Source: a virus | Lineage: Duplodnaviria > Caudoviricetes | IMG/VR virus record: IMGVR_UViG_3300037851_000436 | Location: 1 to 42,151 of that record | Strand: one strand, 5' to 3' | Length of the DNA: 42,151 nucleotides | The notes under the pieces: generated by a model | What the model was told of the DNA's origin: nothing | Seen by the model: the letters and a program-made list of their open reading frames with translations, nothing else | Database searches by the model: none | Made by a program: the position numbers and the translations under genes | Shown here: positions 1-8,704 of the stretch, one piece after another | Numbering within the stretch: position 1 is the stretch's first letter | Layout of the letters: each line of letters begins with the position of its first letter

Positions 1-122
1 ATAGTGTGAACTTCTCCCGCACACATTATCTTCTTCAAGAAATCTCCAAAACTGAACCTGACCCGTGACGATGTCATTGCATCGAACTCTGCTCTTGACA
101 TTTTTGTGCGTCTGTTTCTTTC
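1..122. repeat. Terminal overlap, left copy (circular/permuted genome)
   Basis: 1-122 is identical to 42011-42132; the copies then differ by 12 nt. Confidence 0.95.
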
Positions 123-254
123 GTCTTCTTTCATTTTTTGACACATTTTTTGAAATCTTGAAAGTCCTATATTGCCCTTGACGCTCATATTTGAGAATTC
201 TTCTTTTTTTTTCTCGTTTGCTGAGAATTCTTGTGTGAGTTCTGTGGGGTTCAT
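1..254 (-). CDS. 5' part of a 161-aa hypothetical protein crossing the circular junction (continues 42010..41779)
   Basis: ATG at 254 preceded by AGGGGTG and a TATATATA box; reads MNPTELTQEFSANEKKKEEFSNMSVKGNIGLSRFQKMCQKMKEDERNRRTKMSRAEF... in frame with the 41779 ORF. Confidence 0.75.
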   Translation of the reverse strand, partial: MNPTELTQEFSANEKKKEEFSNMSVKGNIGLSRFQKMCQKMKEDERNRRTKMSRAEFDAMTSSRVRFSFGDFLKKIMCAGEVHT

Positions 255-634
255 ATTCGCACCCCTAGCGTAGTATATATATACTCGCTCATTCTTCTTG
301 GAGAAGTTGAGAAAAAACTTGTCCCTACTGAATGGTACCAGTAGCCCACTCTATTCCGTGTTATATTTATATTATTTTTTGTTATCATTTTTATTTTTTA
401 TGGGGTTGCTCCCTTGCAACTCCTACATATACATATTCACACTTATATTTATGCATTAGTAGTATCTTATTAGTAGTGATATTTTTTAGTTGTTTTGTTG
501 TCACTCGTTGTTTATCTTGTTGTTACTACTCAAAATATATCATTTTTGTGTATATTGCAGTGAAAACAAATTGTGAGCCAATTCCTCACTACTTTTATGA
601 TGTGAATATACATTATATCATAGAACTATATCTA

Positions 635-715
635 TTACTTTTAAATGCTCTCATTTGACAACGCATAACTACTACTTTTATTTGTGCGAAACGAAAATTA
701 ATATATATTTAAAGG
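635..715. promoter_or_regulatory. Bipartite repeated element, copy 1 (TATA-like box plus TCATTTGAC motif)
   Basis: atatatatttaaagg at 701-715 and tttaaatgctctcatttgac ending at 659; similar pair at 5508-5586 with near-identical spacing. Confidence 0.5.
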
Positions 716-722
716 GGCTAAG

Positions 723-1145
723 TTACTCTATAGTATCTTGAATAACTAACTCCTCTATTAATTTATTTACATCTATAGTTTTAATATTCGTTTTAATCCA
801 TTCTACTAAATTATTATTATCTAATATGTCATCAATACAATTTATATCTTCTCTAAAAAAATCTAGGTATTTATCTGTGTCAAAATATTCGTCTAATTCT
901 GAGATTATTTTATCATTTGCATCACCACTACCAACATCGATATTAAAATAATAACATAATAACGCATTATCTATATCTATATTAAGAATATCGCTCCAAT
1001 ACTGCTCACTTAAAGCCGCTGGTCTAAAACCATCTCTATATATCTCTTCAATATATTGAATGAAATTTCTTTCTAAATACTCAATATATTCTTTCATATA
1101 CAATCCTAATTCTTCTTCTATAAATTTTAAAATTCTACTATACAT
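723..1145 (-). CDS. Hypothetical acidic protein with shared C-terminal tail motif
   Basis: 140-aa ORF, GGTGA SD upstream; ends KLIEELVIQDTIE. Confidence 0.8.
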   Translation of the reverse strand: MYSRILKFIEEELGLYMKEYIEYLERNFIQYIEEIYRDGFRPAALSEQYWSDILNIDIDNALLCYYFNIDVGSGDANDKIISELDEYFDTDKYLDFFREDINCIDDILDNNNLVEWIKTNIKTIDVNKLIEELVIQDTIE

Positions 1146-1470
1146 TATTCTTCACCTTTTTAAGTAGTTCTAATGCCTCTCGTAATATCTCGTATTTTTC
1201 TTCTTGTATATCAAGTATACGCTGTAAGATTATACTTGTAATATAATTATTATCTTTACCAAGAGTAAACTCATTCTTTTTATTTTCCTTTATAACGCCC
1301 TTATTTAAAAGGTGTTTAAGATACCAAAATAAAGCGTCCTCACTAACCCCTAATTCTCTACATATATTATTAGATATACTTACTCCGTGTAAATTATATC
1401 TAATAATATTATTAGTTAAAAGGTATTTAACAACTTTAAACAACTCATAATTCCTATTTTTATCGTTCAT
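1138..1470 (-). CDS. Winged helix-turn-helix DNA-binding protein
   Basis: Start moved to ATG 1470 (GAGGTTGA SD, adjacent to upstream stop); ICRELGVSEDALFWYLKHLLNKGVIKE is wHTH-like. Confidence 0.6.
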   Translation of the reverse strand: MNDKNRNYELFKVVKYLLTNNIIRYNLHGVSISNNICRELGVSEDALFWYLKHLLNKGVIKENKKNEFTLGKDNNYITSIILQRILDIQEEKYEILREALELLKKVKNNV

Positions 1471-1471
1471 T

Positions 1472-2644
1472 TTAATCAACCTCAATAAATGTGTCTCTAT
1501 CTTTAAACTCGTGTTTACCTTTTTTATGGAATAGCCATAAAACCTCGCCCATAAACTTATCTCTATTTGGTGGATATGCACACTCACCATCACTAAAAAT
1601 AATTAATAGGTCGTAAACCTCTATATCTTCACACTCAAAACAACAACTAAAATCAGTTCCACCCCTACCTTTAATATTAAATGATGAAATTTCATCATCT
1701 AAATTATAAGTACTTTGTATTTTTGTGTCAAATAAAGATATTTTTATCTTACAATGCTTGAACTCGTTAAATATTCCTCTAATCTCTGTAAGAAATATAT
1801 TTAACATCTCATTTGTAACGCTTCCGCTACAATCTATAAATATTCTTACTTTAACACTCTCTTTAATTGTTATTGGTAAGTAAATATTTGTAGCAGTACT
1901 ATTTTTATGTTTTCTATTATAACTATAATCACTTATATTATATCCTTGTATCTTATTATTTAATACTTCTCTCCAGTCTAACTTACTTATAGTTAGTGTA
2001 TTTATTATCTCTTCTAAAAATCCAGGTATATCTCCCTTAGATTTTTGGTATTCCGTAGCTTGTATTATCTTTTCTTTCCAAACTTTACTAATATCTTTAG
2101 TATCTCCTTGTATCTTCTCGTTCTTTTCTGTATCCATAAATTTATTATGGTCATCAAGATTATTATATTTATTTAGTTCTCTTTTTGTTTTTTGTGTTAA
2201 ATTAATAATCTCGTTATATATTTGTAACCAATTTTTAATATTTAAATCATTAATAGTTATACTATTATTTAAGTGTATATAATTAGAGTATGGAATGACT
2301 CCTCCTTTTGGTAACTCATAATTATCATCTTTAAGCGTTACTATTGCTTGATTTACTTTTATGTCCATAGCAATATTACATATAGTTTTATCATAAGTAT
2401 TAATATCTACAAATGTATGCATATATATAATATGTAATAACTCGTGTAATATTACCCCTCTAAGTTCTTTATTTGATAAACTTTCTAAAAATTCTTTATT
2501 ATAGGAACATACTCCGTTTCTATTAATTCCAATCGTTGGACAAGTATTATCTTCTTTAAATTTAACATATAAACTAATATATGAAAAGAAAGGATAATTA
2601 TATCCTATCTTCAATATATTTTGTTTAATTTTATCAAGTACCAT
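1472..2644 (-). CDS. HExxH metallopeptidase-like plus vWA domain protein (DUF2201-type MoxR partner)
   Basis: LHELLH, CNIAMDIKVN, MIDAS-like IDCSGS, FDT, GRGGTDF, FSDG. Confidence 0.9.
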   Translation of the reverse strand: MVLDKIKQNILKIGYNYPFFSYISLYVKFKEDNTCPTIGINRNGVCSYNKEFLESLSNKELRGVILHELLHIIYMHTFVDINTYDKTICNIAMDIKVNQAIVTLKDDNYELPKGGVIPYSNYIHLNNSITINDLNIKNWLQIYNEIINLTQKTKRELNKYNNLDDHNKFMDTEKNEKIQGDTKDISKVWKEKIIQATEYQKSKGDIPGFLEEIINTLTISKLDWREVLNNKIQGYNISDYSYNRKHKNSTATNIYLPITIKESVKVRIFIDCSGSVTNEMLNIFLTEIRGIFNEFKHCKIKISLFDTKIQSTYNLDDEISSFNIKGRGGTDFSCCFECEDIEVYDLLIIFSDGECAYPPNRDKFMGEVLWLFHKKGKHEFKDRDTFIEVD

Positions 2645-2646
2645 AT

Positions 2647-3738
2647 TTAATCACACATCCTTATTTTAATGGCTTCTTCTAGGTAACCACCTACTTTATC
2701 TCTTAATGCTTGTTCAATATTCTTTTGGTCGCCTATCTGTTTACTTACTCCATTTAAACCTTGAAATAACATAAGTCTAAATTCTGCTTCTAAACCTTCA
2801 AGTTTAAGAATAGTTCTAAGACTATCTTTATTATTCTTATAATGATTTATTAACGCACTTATAAAACTAAACTTCTCATCAATACTTAAACCTTCTATTG
2901 ATTGTTTACCTTCAAGTACTTTTTTAATATCCCATTTATTAGACATATTAATAAATGCAAATAATTCCATCATAACTCCCTCATTCAAAAATGATGCTAT
3001 AATACCTTTCTTAATATCTTCGTTAATTTCAGTATTAAGAACCTTATTAACTTTCTCCCATAATCTCGGACATAAAGCAGTTCTTCCATCCATTTTCTCG
3101 TCGTACATCCAAATACGTCCAGTATTATTTTTAAGATAATAAATAATTGCTGTATCAAACCCATTCTCAAAACACCATTCTAACCACCCATCAAAGTTCA
3201 TACATATTTGTAGATGTGCCATTCGTGTAAGTAATGGTACTTGCATTTTTGTAACTCTTGCTCCATCTTCTCTTCCTCTGTTACCTGCTAATACTACGCT
3301 ATATCCCTCAGGTAATCTATTACCACATAACTCTCTATCATTAACTATCTGATAGCAACTATTTTGTACGCTATCACTTGCTAGATTTATTTCATCAAAA
3401 AATAGCAACCCATAGCCACTTCTTGGAAACCATTGTGGAATAAACCAAATAGTCTCTTTATTTATTCTGTCTAAATCAGGAATACCTTTAATGTCGCTTG
3501 GGTCTAGTTGTGACAACCTCATATCAATTAATACATAATGTTTATCACTATCAATATCTTTCCAGTCCTCACTATAGATTAGCCCTAACTCTTGTGCCCT
3601 CTTTCTTGCTACTTGTCTTACTATTTGGGATTTACCAACACCAAACGCCCCAGTTATCATTACTGGCTCTTTAATCTTAATATATACCTCTAAATATTTA
3701 TTTAGTTCCTTTGTTGTAACTTCTCTAATATTGTTCAT
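2647..3738 (-). CDS. MoxR-like AAA+ ATPase
   Basis: Walker A GAFGVGKS, DMRLSQLDPSDIKGIP, Walker B LLFFDEIN, LAGN, PLLTRM, CPRLWE. Confidence 0.92.
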   Translation of the reverse strand: MNNIREVTTKELNKYLEVYIKIKEPVMITGAFGVGKSQIVRQVARKRAQELGLIYSEDWKDIDSDKHYVLIDMRLSQLDPSDIKGIPDLDRINKETIWFIPQWFPRSGYGLLFFDEINLASDSVQNSCYQIVNDRELCGNRLPEGYSVVLAGNRGREDGARVTKMQVPLLTRMAHLQICMNFDGWLEWCFENGFDTAIIYYLKNNTGRIWMYDEKMDGRTALCPRLWEKVNKVLNTEINEDIKKGIIASFLNEGVMMELFAFINMSNKWDIKKVLEGKQSIEGLSIDEKFSFISALINHYKNNKDSLRTILKLEGLEAEFRLMLFQGLNGVSKQIGDQKNIEQALRDKVGGYLEEAIKIRMCD

Positions 3739-4559
3739 TCTAATAAACCTCTTATTGTTGTATCTTCAATTACTTCTTTTAGTAATTGCCCATCTTTATT
3801 TAAATTAGTTACTTTGTCTAATTTATTCGTATCAAAATAATTAATATTACATTTAATGAATACTAAATTTGTTTTTAATTCTCCTCTATAACTACTTCTA
3901 TGATATAATCCTTTTCCTATTTTATATCTATATAAATTACACATATCCGGCTTTAATTCAGCAAAATAAATACTATTTTTAATCTTAATAGGTTTATTTT
4001 TCTCTAATACTATTTTTAAAAGAGTATTATTTTTTTGTTGTCTACATATAATATTTTCTTCTTTTTTTGTTATTGTACCAATTTCTTTTTTAAACAATAA
4101 ATTCCTATTACATCTATCCCCAAAAAATAATTTATTTGTTAAATTATATCTTTTTTGTAAATTTAATTTTTCTAATTCTAATAGTATATATCCAAAGTAA
4201 AAACCTTTAATAGTACTGTAAGTTATACATTGATTATTATTTTGTAAAAACTCGTAATTTATTCCATATACTGGGTCTATTATATAATATCTATTTCCAT
4301 CTCGGATATAATCAAATTTTCTTCCTTCTTTAAGAAAGATAATATTTAGTACGCTACATATGTCACGAAATACTGAATAATTACACTTTGATAAATCACA
4401 ATTAAATCTAATATTACTCAATTCCGCACTAATTCTTATGTCACCAATATCTTCAATTTTTATGATAAATATGTTTTTGTCATAAGTAACATATTTATCA
4501 TCATAATTATTATAATTATGCCACCTACTTAAAATCTTATTTTTATTTATTTTAATCAT
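3735..4559 (-). CDS. Hypothetical protein with shared C-terminal tail motif
   Basis: 274-aa ORF, ATGA overlaps on both sides; ends EVIEDTTIRGLLE. Confidence 0.8.
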   Translation of the reverse strand: MIKINKNKILSRWHNYNNYDDKYVTYDKNIFIIKIEDIGDIRISAELSNIRFNCDLSKCNYSVFRDICSVLNIIFLKEGRKFDYIRDGNRYYIIDPVYGINYEFLQNNNQCITYSTIKGFYFGYILLELEKLNLQKRYNLTNKLFFGDRCNRNLLFKKEIGTITKKEENIICRQQKNNTLLKIVLEKNKPIKIKNSIYFAELKPDMCNLYRYKIGKGLYHRSSYRGELKTNLVFIKCNINYFDTNKLDKVTNLNKDGQLLKEVIEDTTIRGLLE

Positions 4560-4870
4560 TTTTTTATAATCTCTCTTATAACAATATCTTCTATAATCAT
4601 ATTTTTTAATTTATCAGTTATATTAAAATCTTTTAAATTTTTAATAATATCATTAGATATATAGAACGATTTTAAAAAAACTAATTTATTTTCTACATTT
4701 ATACAATTATATATATTTCCTCTAAAATATAACTTATCCGGATATACATAAAAATCATAATCATTAATTGTAAAAAATACTAATAATTCTTTATTCTTAC
4801 TAAATAAATTTATGATATTCTTATCATGTATAATAACCTCATCATTAATAAAATCAATAGGCTCAACCAT
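4556..4870 (-). CDS. Hypothetical protein with shared C-terminal tail motif
   Basis: 104-aa ORF in operon; ends MIIEDIVIREIIKK. Confidence 0.8.
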   Translation of the reverse strand: MVEPIDFINDEVIIHDKNIINLFSKNKELLVFFTINDYDFYVYPDKLYFRGNIYNCINVENKLVFLKSFYISNDIIKNLKDFNITDKLKNMIIEDIVIREIIKK

Positions 4871-4871
4871 C

Positions 4872-5228
4872 TTAATAAGTTGTTAAATGTATATATGCCC
4901 TGTCAACATAACTATAATCAAATACATTAACTTTAATTTTTCTTTTAATTAATTCTTTTATGACTAAATGTTGAACTCTACTTAATCCAGTTAATAACAA
5001 ATTTATTTGTTTTGTATTCTCATATTTATTTAAATAAATATCAATACAATTATTGATATACTCATATAATTTGTTCATATTCACAAAATTAAGTAAATCC
5101 TCTTTAATTTCATCCTCTAAGATATACTTCTTAATATTGAGTTTGTGCCTCCCTCTAATTAAGATTGTATAATCTTCATTAATTTCTTCTACTTTTACTA
5201 TTTTATTTTTTAGCATTTTTTGTATCAA
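4872..5228 (-). CDS. Small protein, possibly stand-alone CARF/SAVED-like Rossmannoid domain
   Basis: LIRGRH ... INLLLTGL-helix-VNVFDY..Y pattern; likely ATG start at 5216; fold call is tentative. Confidence 0.4.
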   Translation of the reverse strand: MIQKMLKNKIVKVEEINEDYTILIRGRHKLNIKKYILEDEIKEDLLNFVNMNKLYEYINNCIDIYLNKYENTKQINLLLTGLSRVQHLVIKELIKRKIKVNVFDYSYVDRAYIHLTTY

Positions 5229-5507
5229 ATTTTTTGTTTATTTGATAAATAATATTAAGAAACAAAATATTATAAATTTGTGTTATCACTTTTGAGTAGA
5301 GAACTGAAAACCCAAAAGTTTTTAAATTAGAAAAGTTTATAAAAAATAGAAAAAAAAATTTTAAAAAAATAAAAAAACAAAACATCATTAAATAGGCGTA
5401 TAATGGGCTTATTTGGGGGTTTTGGGCAAAAACACGCCTGAAACACCATAAAAAAATACATTTCTAAGAGACATAAAACACAACAAAAAAATAAAGTCTC
5501 TTGTAAT

Positions 5508-5586
5508 TTAGTTTAAATTGCTTCATTTGACTTTAAGATTTTTTTAAAAATATACTCAAAAAAATAATTTTATATATATTTAAAGG
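5508..5586. promoter_or_regulatory. Bipartite repeated element, copy 2
   Basis: atatatatttaaagg at 5572-5586 and tttaaattgcttcatttgac ending at 5531. Confidence 0.5.
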
Positions 5587-5591
5587 CGATT

Positions 5592-5819
5592 TTATTTTTG
5601 TTCTTTTTTAATTTGAAAATATAACTCTCTAAAACCTTTTAAAACTATTGCTGGAAAATTATATTCATAAGCCATCTTAGTAAAAGGCATATTTATTTTT
5701 GGATATTCTTTGTATCTTATAATTATATTATTCTCATTAATAATCTTAACTTCAGGAATAAGGTTATATTCTCTTTTTAATCTTTCTATACTTTCTCTAC
5801 TTAATTGTTTTAATACCAT
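5592..5819 (-). CDS. Hypothetical protein
   Basis: 75-aa ORF with AAGTTTATAATA TATA-like box about 22 nt upstream. Confidence 0.75.
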   Translation of the reverse strand: MVLKQLSRESIERLKREYNLIPEVKIINENNIIIRYKEYPKINMPFTKMAYEYNFPAIVLKGFRELYFQIKKEQK

Positions 5820-5987
5820 ACTAATAATATAGATTTGTTTTATTATAAACTTATCTACTTAGTACAATCTCCATTGTTATAATTGTTAGTATTATTATAA
5901 CTGCAATTTCAAACCCAAAAAGATATCTAAGTAAATAATAGAATAAATACAACAAAACATACATAAAATATTTGTAAATTATATTAA

Positions 5988-6137
5988 TTATTTTTTGTAT
6001 CTAAATATATTATAATCTTCTATATTATATTTCCTAATACACAAACTACAAACATATATCTCTTCAAAAATATTTTTATGTCGTAAACAATAATTATATT
6101 TTCTATTACAACAATCCTCACATTTATTATCAATCAT
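5988..6137 (-). CDS. Small CxxC..CxxC zinc-finger protein (49 aa, not in ORF track)
   Basis: MIDNKCEDCCNRKYNYCLRHKNIFEEIYVCSLCIRK...; GGAGGAG SD. Confidence 0.7.
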   Translation of the reverse strand: MIDNKCEDCCNRKYNYCLRHKNIFEEIYVCSLCIRKYNIEDYNIFRYKK

Positions 6138-6156
6138 ATAGTTCTCCTCCATATGT

Positions 6157-6285
6157 TCACGGAAAAATCTCTCCTACAAATAAAATACTGTCACATTTCT
6201 CACAAGTCTTTCCTTCATATAATGTAGTAGGAAATTGTGCTTTATACTCTTCATATGTCTTCGAACAATCTAAACATTTTGTCAT
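6157..6285 (-). CDS. Small zinc-ribbon protein (42 aa, not in ORF track)
   Basis: MTKCLDCSKTYEEYKAQFPTTLYEGKTCEKCDSILFVGEIFP; GAGG SD. Confidence 0.7.
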   Translation of the reverse strand: MTKCLDCSKTYEEYKAQFPTTLYEGKTCEKCDSILFVGEIFP

Positions 6286-6288
6286 TTC

Positions 6289-6384
6289 TTAGTCCTCTCT
6301 GTGTTCTAATTCAATCCTAATTCTATGTAATTCGTCCCTAATTTCTCGTAATACTATGATTATTTTATCTTCAAATTCCGACAT
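6289..6384 (-). CDS. 31-aa amphipathic helical peptide
   Basis: MSEFEDKIIIVLREIRDELHRIRIELEHRED; AAGGT SD; tight packing. Confidence 0.55.
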   Translation of the reverse strand: MSEFEDKIIIVLREIRDELHRIRIELEHRED

Positions 6385-6391
6385 TTTACCT

Positions 6392-6562
6392 TTAACACCG
6401 TTTTTTGATTAATTTTAATCTATTTTCGTTAATCCCATATTTCTTAATATACTTCTCAACTAATTCAGGAGTTGTAAGTAACTTAATTTCTGCACTAGCA
6501 GAGGATAATTTTTCTCCGTTCCAAACTTCTTGTGTTTGCTTCTCTTCTTTGTATTTTTTCAT
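6392..6562 (-). CDS. Hypothetical 56-aa protein
   Basis: MKKYKEEKQTQEVWNGEKL...KKRC; ATGA overlap with upstream ORF. Confidence 0.65.
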   Translation of the reverse strand: MKKYKEEKQTQEVWNGEKLSSASAEIKLLTTPELVEKYIKKYGINENRLKLIKKRC

Positions 6563-6569
6563 TTATTTT
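6541..6569. repeat. 29-bp direct repeat, copy 1
   Basis: tctcttctttgtattttttcatttatttt identical to 6809-6837. Confidence 0.9.
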
Positions 6570-6792
6570 TCCTATAGTAAAATTTACATTCTTCTTTCAA
6601 TTCGTTATTTAGAATCAAATTTTTAATCTTCTCAAGTTCTTGAATTTTTACTTCATTCTTGATTTTAATTGTATTTCTATCTGCTTCAGGAAATTTTTTA
6701 ATCTCTTTTAAAATTTTAAGTAATATCTTTTTCCTTAGATCAATATATACGATCAAATCTTTCTTTTCCATTAATTTATCTAGTATTGTCAT
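6559..6792 (-). CDS. Hypothetical basic protein lying between 29-bp direct repeats
   Basis: 77-aa ORF; its last codons and stop lie inside repeat copy 1. Confidence 0.7.
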   Translation of the reverse strand: MTILDKLMEKKDLIVYIDLRKKILLKILKEIKKFPEADRNTIKIKNEVKIQELEKIKNLILNNELKEECKFYYRKNK

Positions 6793-6808
6793 TTTTCCCT
6801 TAACCTCG

Positions 6809-6837
6809 TCTCTTCTTTGTATTTTTTCATTTATTTT
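6809..6837. repeat. 29-bp direct repeat, copy 2
   Basis: Identical to 6541-6569; encodes abortive MKKYKEETRLREK*. Confidence 0.9.
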
Positions 6838-6843
6838 CCCTCC

Positions 6844-7059
6844 TCAAAACAAATCTCCGACTACTTCATCATTTACTATCTCCCAAAATTTATCTTTTAT
6901 CTTATTATATATCTCCGACTCCGTATCTGTCAAATTCTCGTATTTTGTTTTTTTCCTAAGATATTCTCCAAAGTCCTTAATTACATTATATAAGTTATTT
7001 GAATTGACAAAAATATCATATTCCTCTTGTGATTCAGGTTCAATTGTAATTTTTTTCAT
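6844..7059 (-). CDS. Hypothetical protein
   Basis: Likely ATG 7059 (MKKITIEPES...), ATGA overlap with upstream micro-ORF. Confidence 0.75.
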   Translation of the reverse strand: MKKITIEPESQEEYDIFVNSNNLYNVIKDFGEYLRKKTKYENLTDTESEIYNKIKDKFWEIVNDEVVGDLF

Positions 7060-7214
7060 CTTTCGATCCACTCCTTAAAAAAATCTGATTTTAATTCAAT
7101 TCCTTCTTCATTTAATAATTTCATATCTTCTAGTATTTCTAAGAAATTATATACCGTATTTATATCTCCAATCCTCTTGATTAATTGTATTCCCAACCCA
7201 TAATTATCATTCAT
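7056..7214 (-). CDS. Hypothetical 52-aa protein
   Basis: MNDNYGLGIQLIKRIGD...FFKEWIER; ATGA overlaps at both ends. Confidence 0.65.
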   Translation of the reverse strand: MNDNYGLGIQLIKRIGDINTVYNFLEILEDMKLLNEEGIELKSDFFKEWIER

Positions 7215-7312
7215 TTACAAATAACACCCCAAATTAAAAATCCTGTTACTACAATAGCAACAATACCAACCAACCATAATGGTTCTCCACTTATACTTAG
7301 TATCTCAATCAT
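7211..7312 (-). CDS. 33-aa single-pass membrane peptide
   Basis: MIEILSISGEPLWLVGIVAIVVTGFLIWGVICK. Confidence 0.6.
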   Translation of the reverse strand: MIEILSISGEPLWLVGIVAIVVTGFLIWGVICK

Positions 7313-7607
7313 TTTTATTTATTTTATCTGTCTTGATATATCTTTGTGCATCTCTTGAATTATATTCAACACCAGTTAAACTTTTGAATCTGTTCTTGTA
7401 TCTTTCTAAGTTAACCGCCCATTCTAATGTAACTGTAGGAATTATAGCGTCTTTGAAGTCATTACTAAACTCGTCCAATAAATATTTGAAATGTTCTATT
7501 TTTTCCACACAATCATCTATATACTCTTGTTTATGTAACAATAAATCCAAGCTTCTTCTTACAAATCCTTTCTGCTCAAAGTTATCTATCTTCTCCATTT
7601 TTATCAC
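7305..7607 (-). CDS. Hypothetical protein
   Basis: 100-aa ORF in operon; probable start ATG 7598 (MEKIDN). Confidence 0.75.
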   Translation of the reverse strand: MIKMEKIDNFEQKGFVRRSLDLLLHKQEYIDDCVEKIEHFKYLLDEFSNDFKDAIIPTVTLEWAVNLERYKNRFKSLTGVEYNSRDAQRYIKTDKINKND

Positions 7608-7668
7608 ATCTCAAACACATAATATTATCTATCTCCCATTTATTTTGTAATTCACAACCACAAATCAT
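7582..7668 (-). CDS. 28-aa Cys-rich peptide
   Basis: MICGCELQNKWEIDNIMCLRCDKNGEDR; ATGA overlap. Confidence 0.5.
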   Translation of the reverse strand: MICGCELQNKWEIDNIMCLRCDKNGEDR

Positions 7669-7925
7669 ACATCTGTCCATTTGATATTTTTTAACGCCTC
7701 CAAATCTTTTTTTGCTGTATCAATTAATTCTTTGAGAAACTCTTTGTATAATCTCACATCATTAACTGAACGCATAGGACTAATAATCTCTTTTGATTTA
7801 TATTTAGTAGTAATACAAATCCTCCCCCTACTTCTAACAATATTAATAAGATTTAGAGAAGGATTAATTTTATTTATCTTCTCTTTCAACTTATTTACTG
7901 ATTTAATATATCTTTTATCTCCCAT
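7665..7925 (-). CDS. Hypothetical basic protein
   Basis: 86-aa ORF in operon. Confidence 0.7.
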   Translation of the reverse strand: MGDKRYIKSVNKLKEKINKINPSLNLINIVRSRGRICITTKYKSKEIISPMRSVNDVRLYKEFLKELIDTAKKDLEALKNIKWTDV

Positions 7926-7926
7926 T

Positions 7927-8061
7927 TTACATAAAAAATAGTATCTTAATACTTGCGATACTTACAAGAAACATCCATAACAATAAGATACACTCACTTA
8001 TTATTTTTAGTACTTTTTCTTGACTTTGTTTTTTCACTTTTTTTATTGTTACTCTCTCCAT
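7927..8061 (-). CDS. 44-aa membrane peptide
   Basis: MERVTIKKVKKQSQEKVLKIISECILLLWMFLVSIASIKILFFM; GAGGAG SD. Confidence 0.55.
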   Translation of the reverse strand: MERVTIKKVKKQSQEKVLKIISECILLLWMFLVSIASIKILFFM

Positions 8062-8359
8062 TTTCAATCTCCTCAACCAATGATTTTATAATTGGGTTAT
8101 CTTTGTGTTTATTGAAAACTTTTGTATAATTATCAATCTCACTAACTAATAGCTTAGTAAATAAAACTTGTAATATAATCATATTGATAGTTCTACCTGC
8201 AGTATTTATAAGTTGTTCAGTATACTCTTTTCTATACATTCCTAAAATATTCCTTTTCTTCATAGTATTACATTTATCAATCTCATTATTGCAATTTTCA
8301 ATAAGTCCATATAAACCATCAGCCATAATTTTATACTCTTTTATATTAACCATTTTCAA
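7994..8359 (-). CDS. Hypothetical protein
   Basis: 121-aa ORF in operon. Confidence 0.7.
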   Translation of the reverse strand: MKMVNIKEYKIMADGLYGLIENCNNEIDKCNTMKKRNILGMYRKEYTEQLINTAGRTINMIILQVLFTKLLVSEIDNYTKVFNKHKDNPIIKSLVEEIENGESNNKKSEKTKSRKSTKNNK

Positions 8360-8621
8360 TTATCTCTATAATAGTATCTTTTACTTTATTCTCATCTTTC
8401 CATAATTTATTAGCTACCACATAACAATTCTCATCATTCAATACTAATGCTCTAGCCACTTTCAAAGTATCTTTTTGTAATCTCTCTCTGTCTATGATTA
8501 TATTTGCTTTTTCATCAATAGACAAATAACGAGCATAGAAAGTATTAACCAAAAGATTAACTGCTTGACCTTGCTTTACTGCAAAATCTCGCTTACTAAT
8601 TATTATTTTATCAGTTACCAT
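8346..8621 (-). CDS. Hypothetical protein
   Basis: 91-aa ORF; its first five codons (MVTDK) lie in the 98-bp repeat. Confidence 0.8.
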   Translation of the reverse strand: MVTDKIIISKRDFAVKQGQAVNLLVNTFYARYLSIDEKANIIIDRERLQKDTLKVARALVLNDENCYVVANKLWKDENKVKDTIIEIIENG

Positions 8622-8704
8622 TTTGGATAAATATGGTAATATCGCTTAGTATTTAATCTTTTGTTACTACTCCACAATCAACTAAATTTTGTTGCTCCAA
8701 ACCA
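8607..8704. repeat. 98-bp perfect direct repeat, copy 1
   Basis: Identical to 10149-10246. Confidence 0.97.

Noticed and set aside
332-658. 108-aa plus-strand ORF
   Set aside because: Low-complexity hydrophobic translation of an AT-rich stretch, against the local gene direction, no SD
5203-5388. 61-aa Phe-rich ORF
   Set aside because: Product of poly-T runs in a non-coding region
7630-7927. 12-bp repeat tatctcccattt as a third duplication-flanked insert
   Set aside because: Too short to be significant in AT-rich DNA and the architecture is not clean
8622-8650. Xer/dif-like site inside the 98-bp repeat
   Set aside because: Only one arm loosely resembles archaeal dif; no proper 11-6-11 symmetry and no recombinase gene seen
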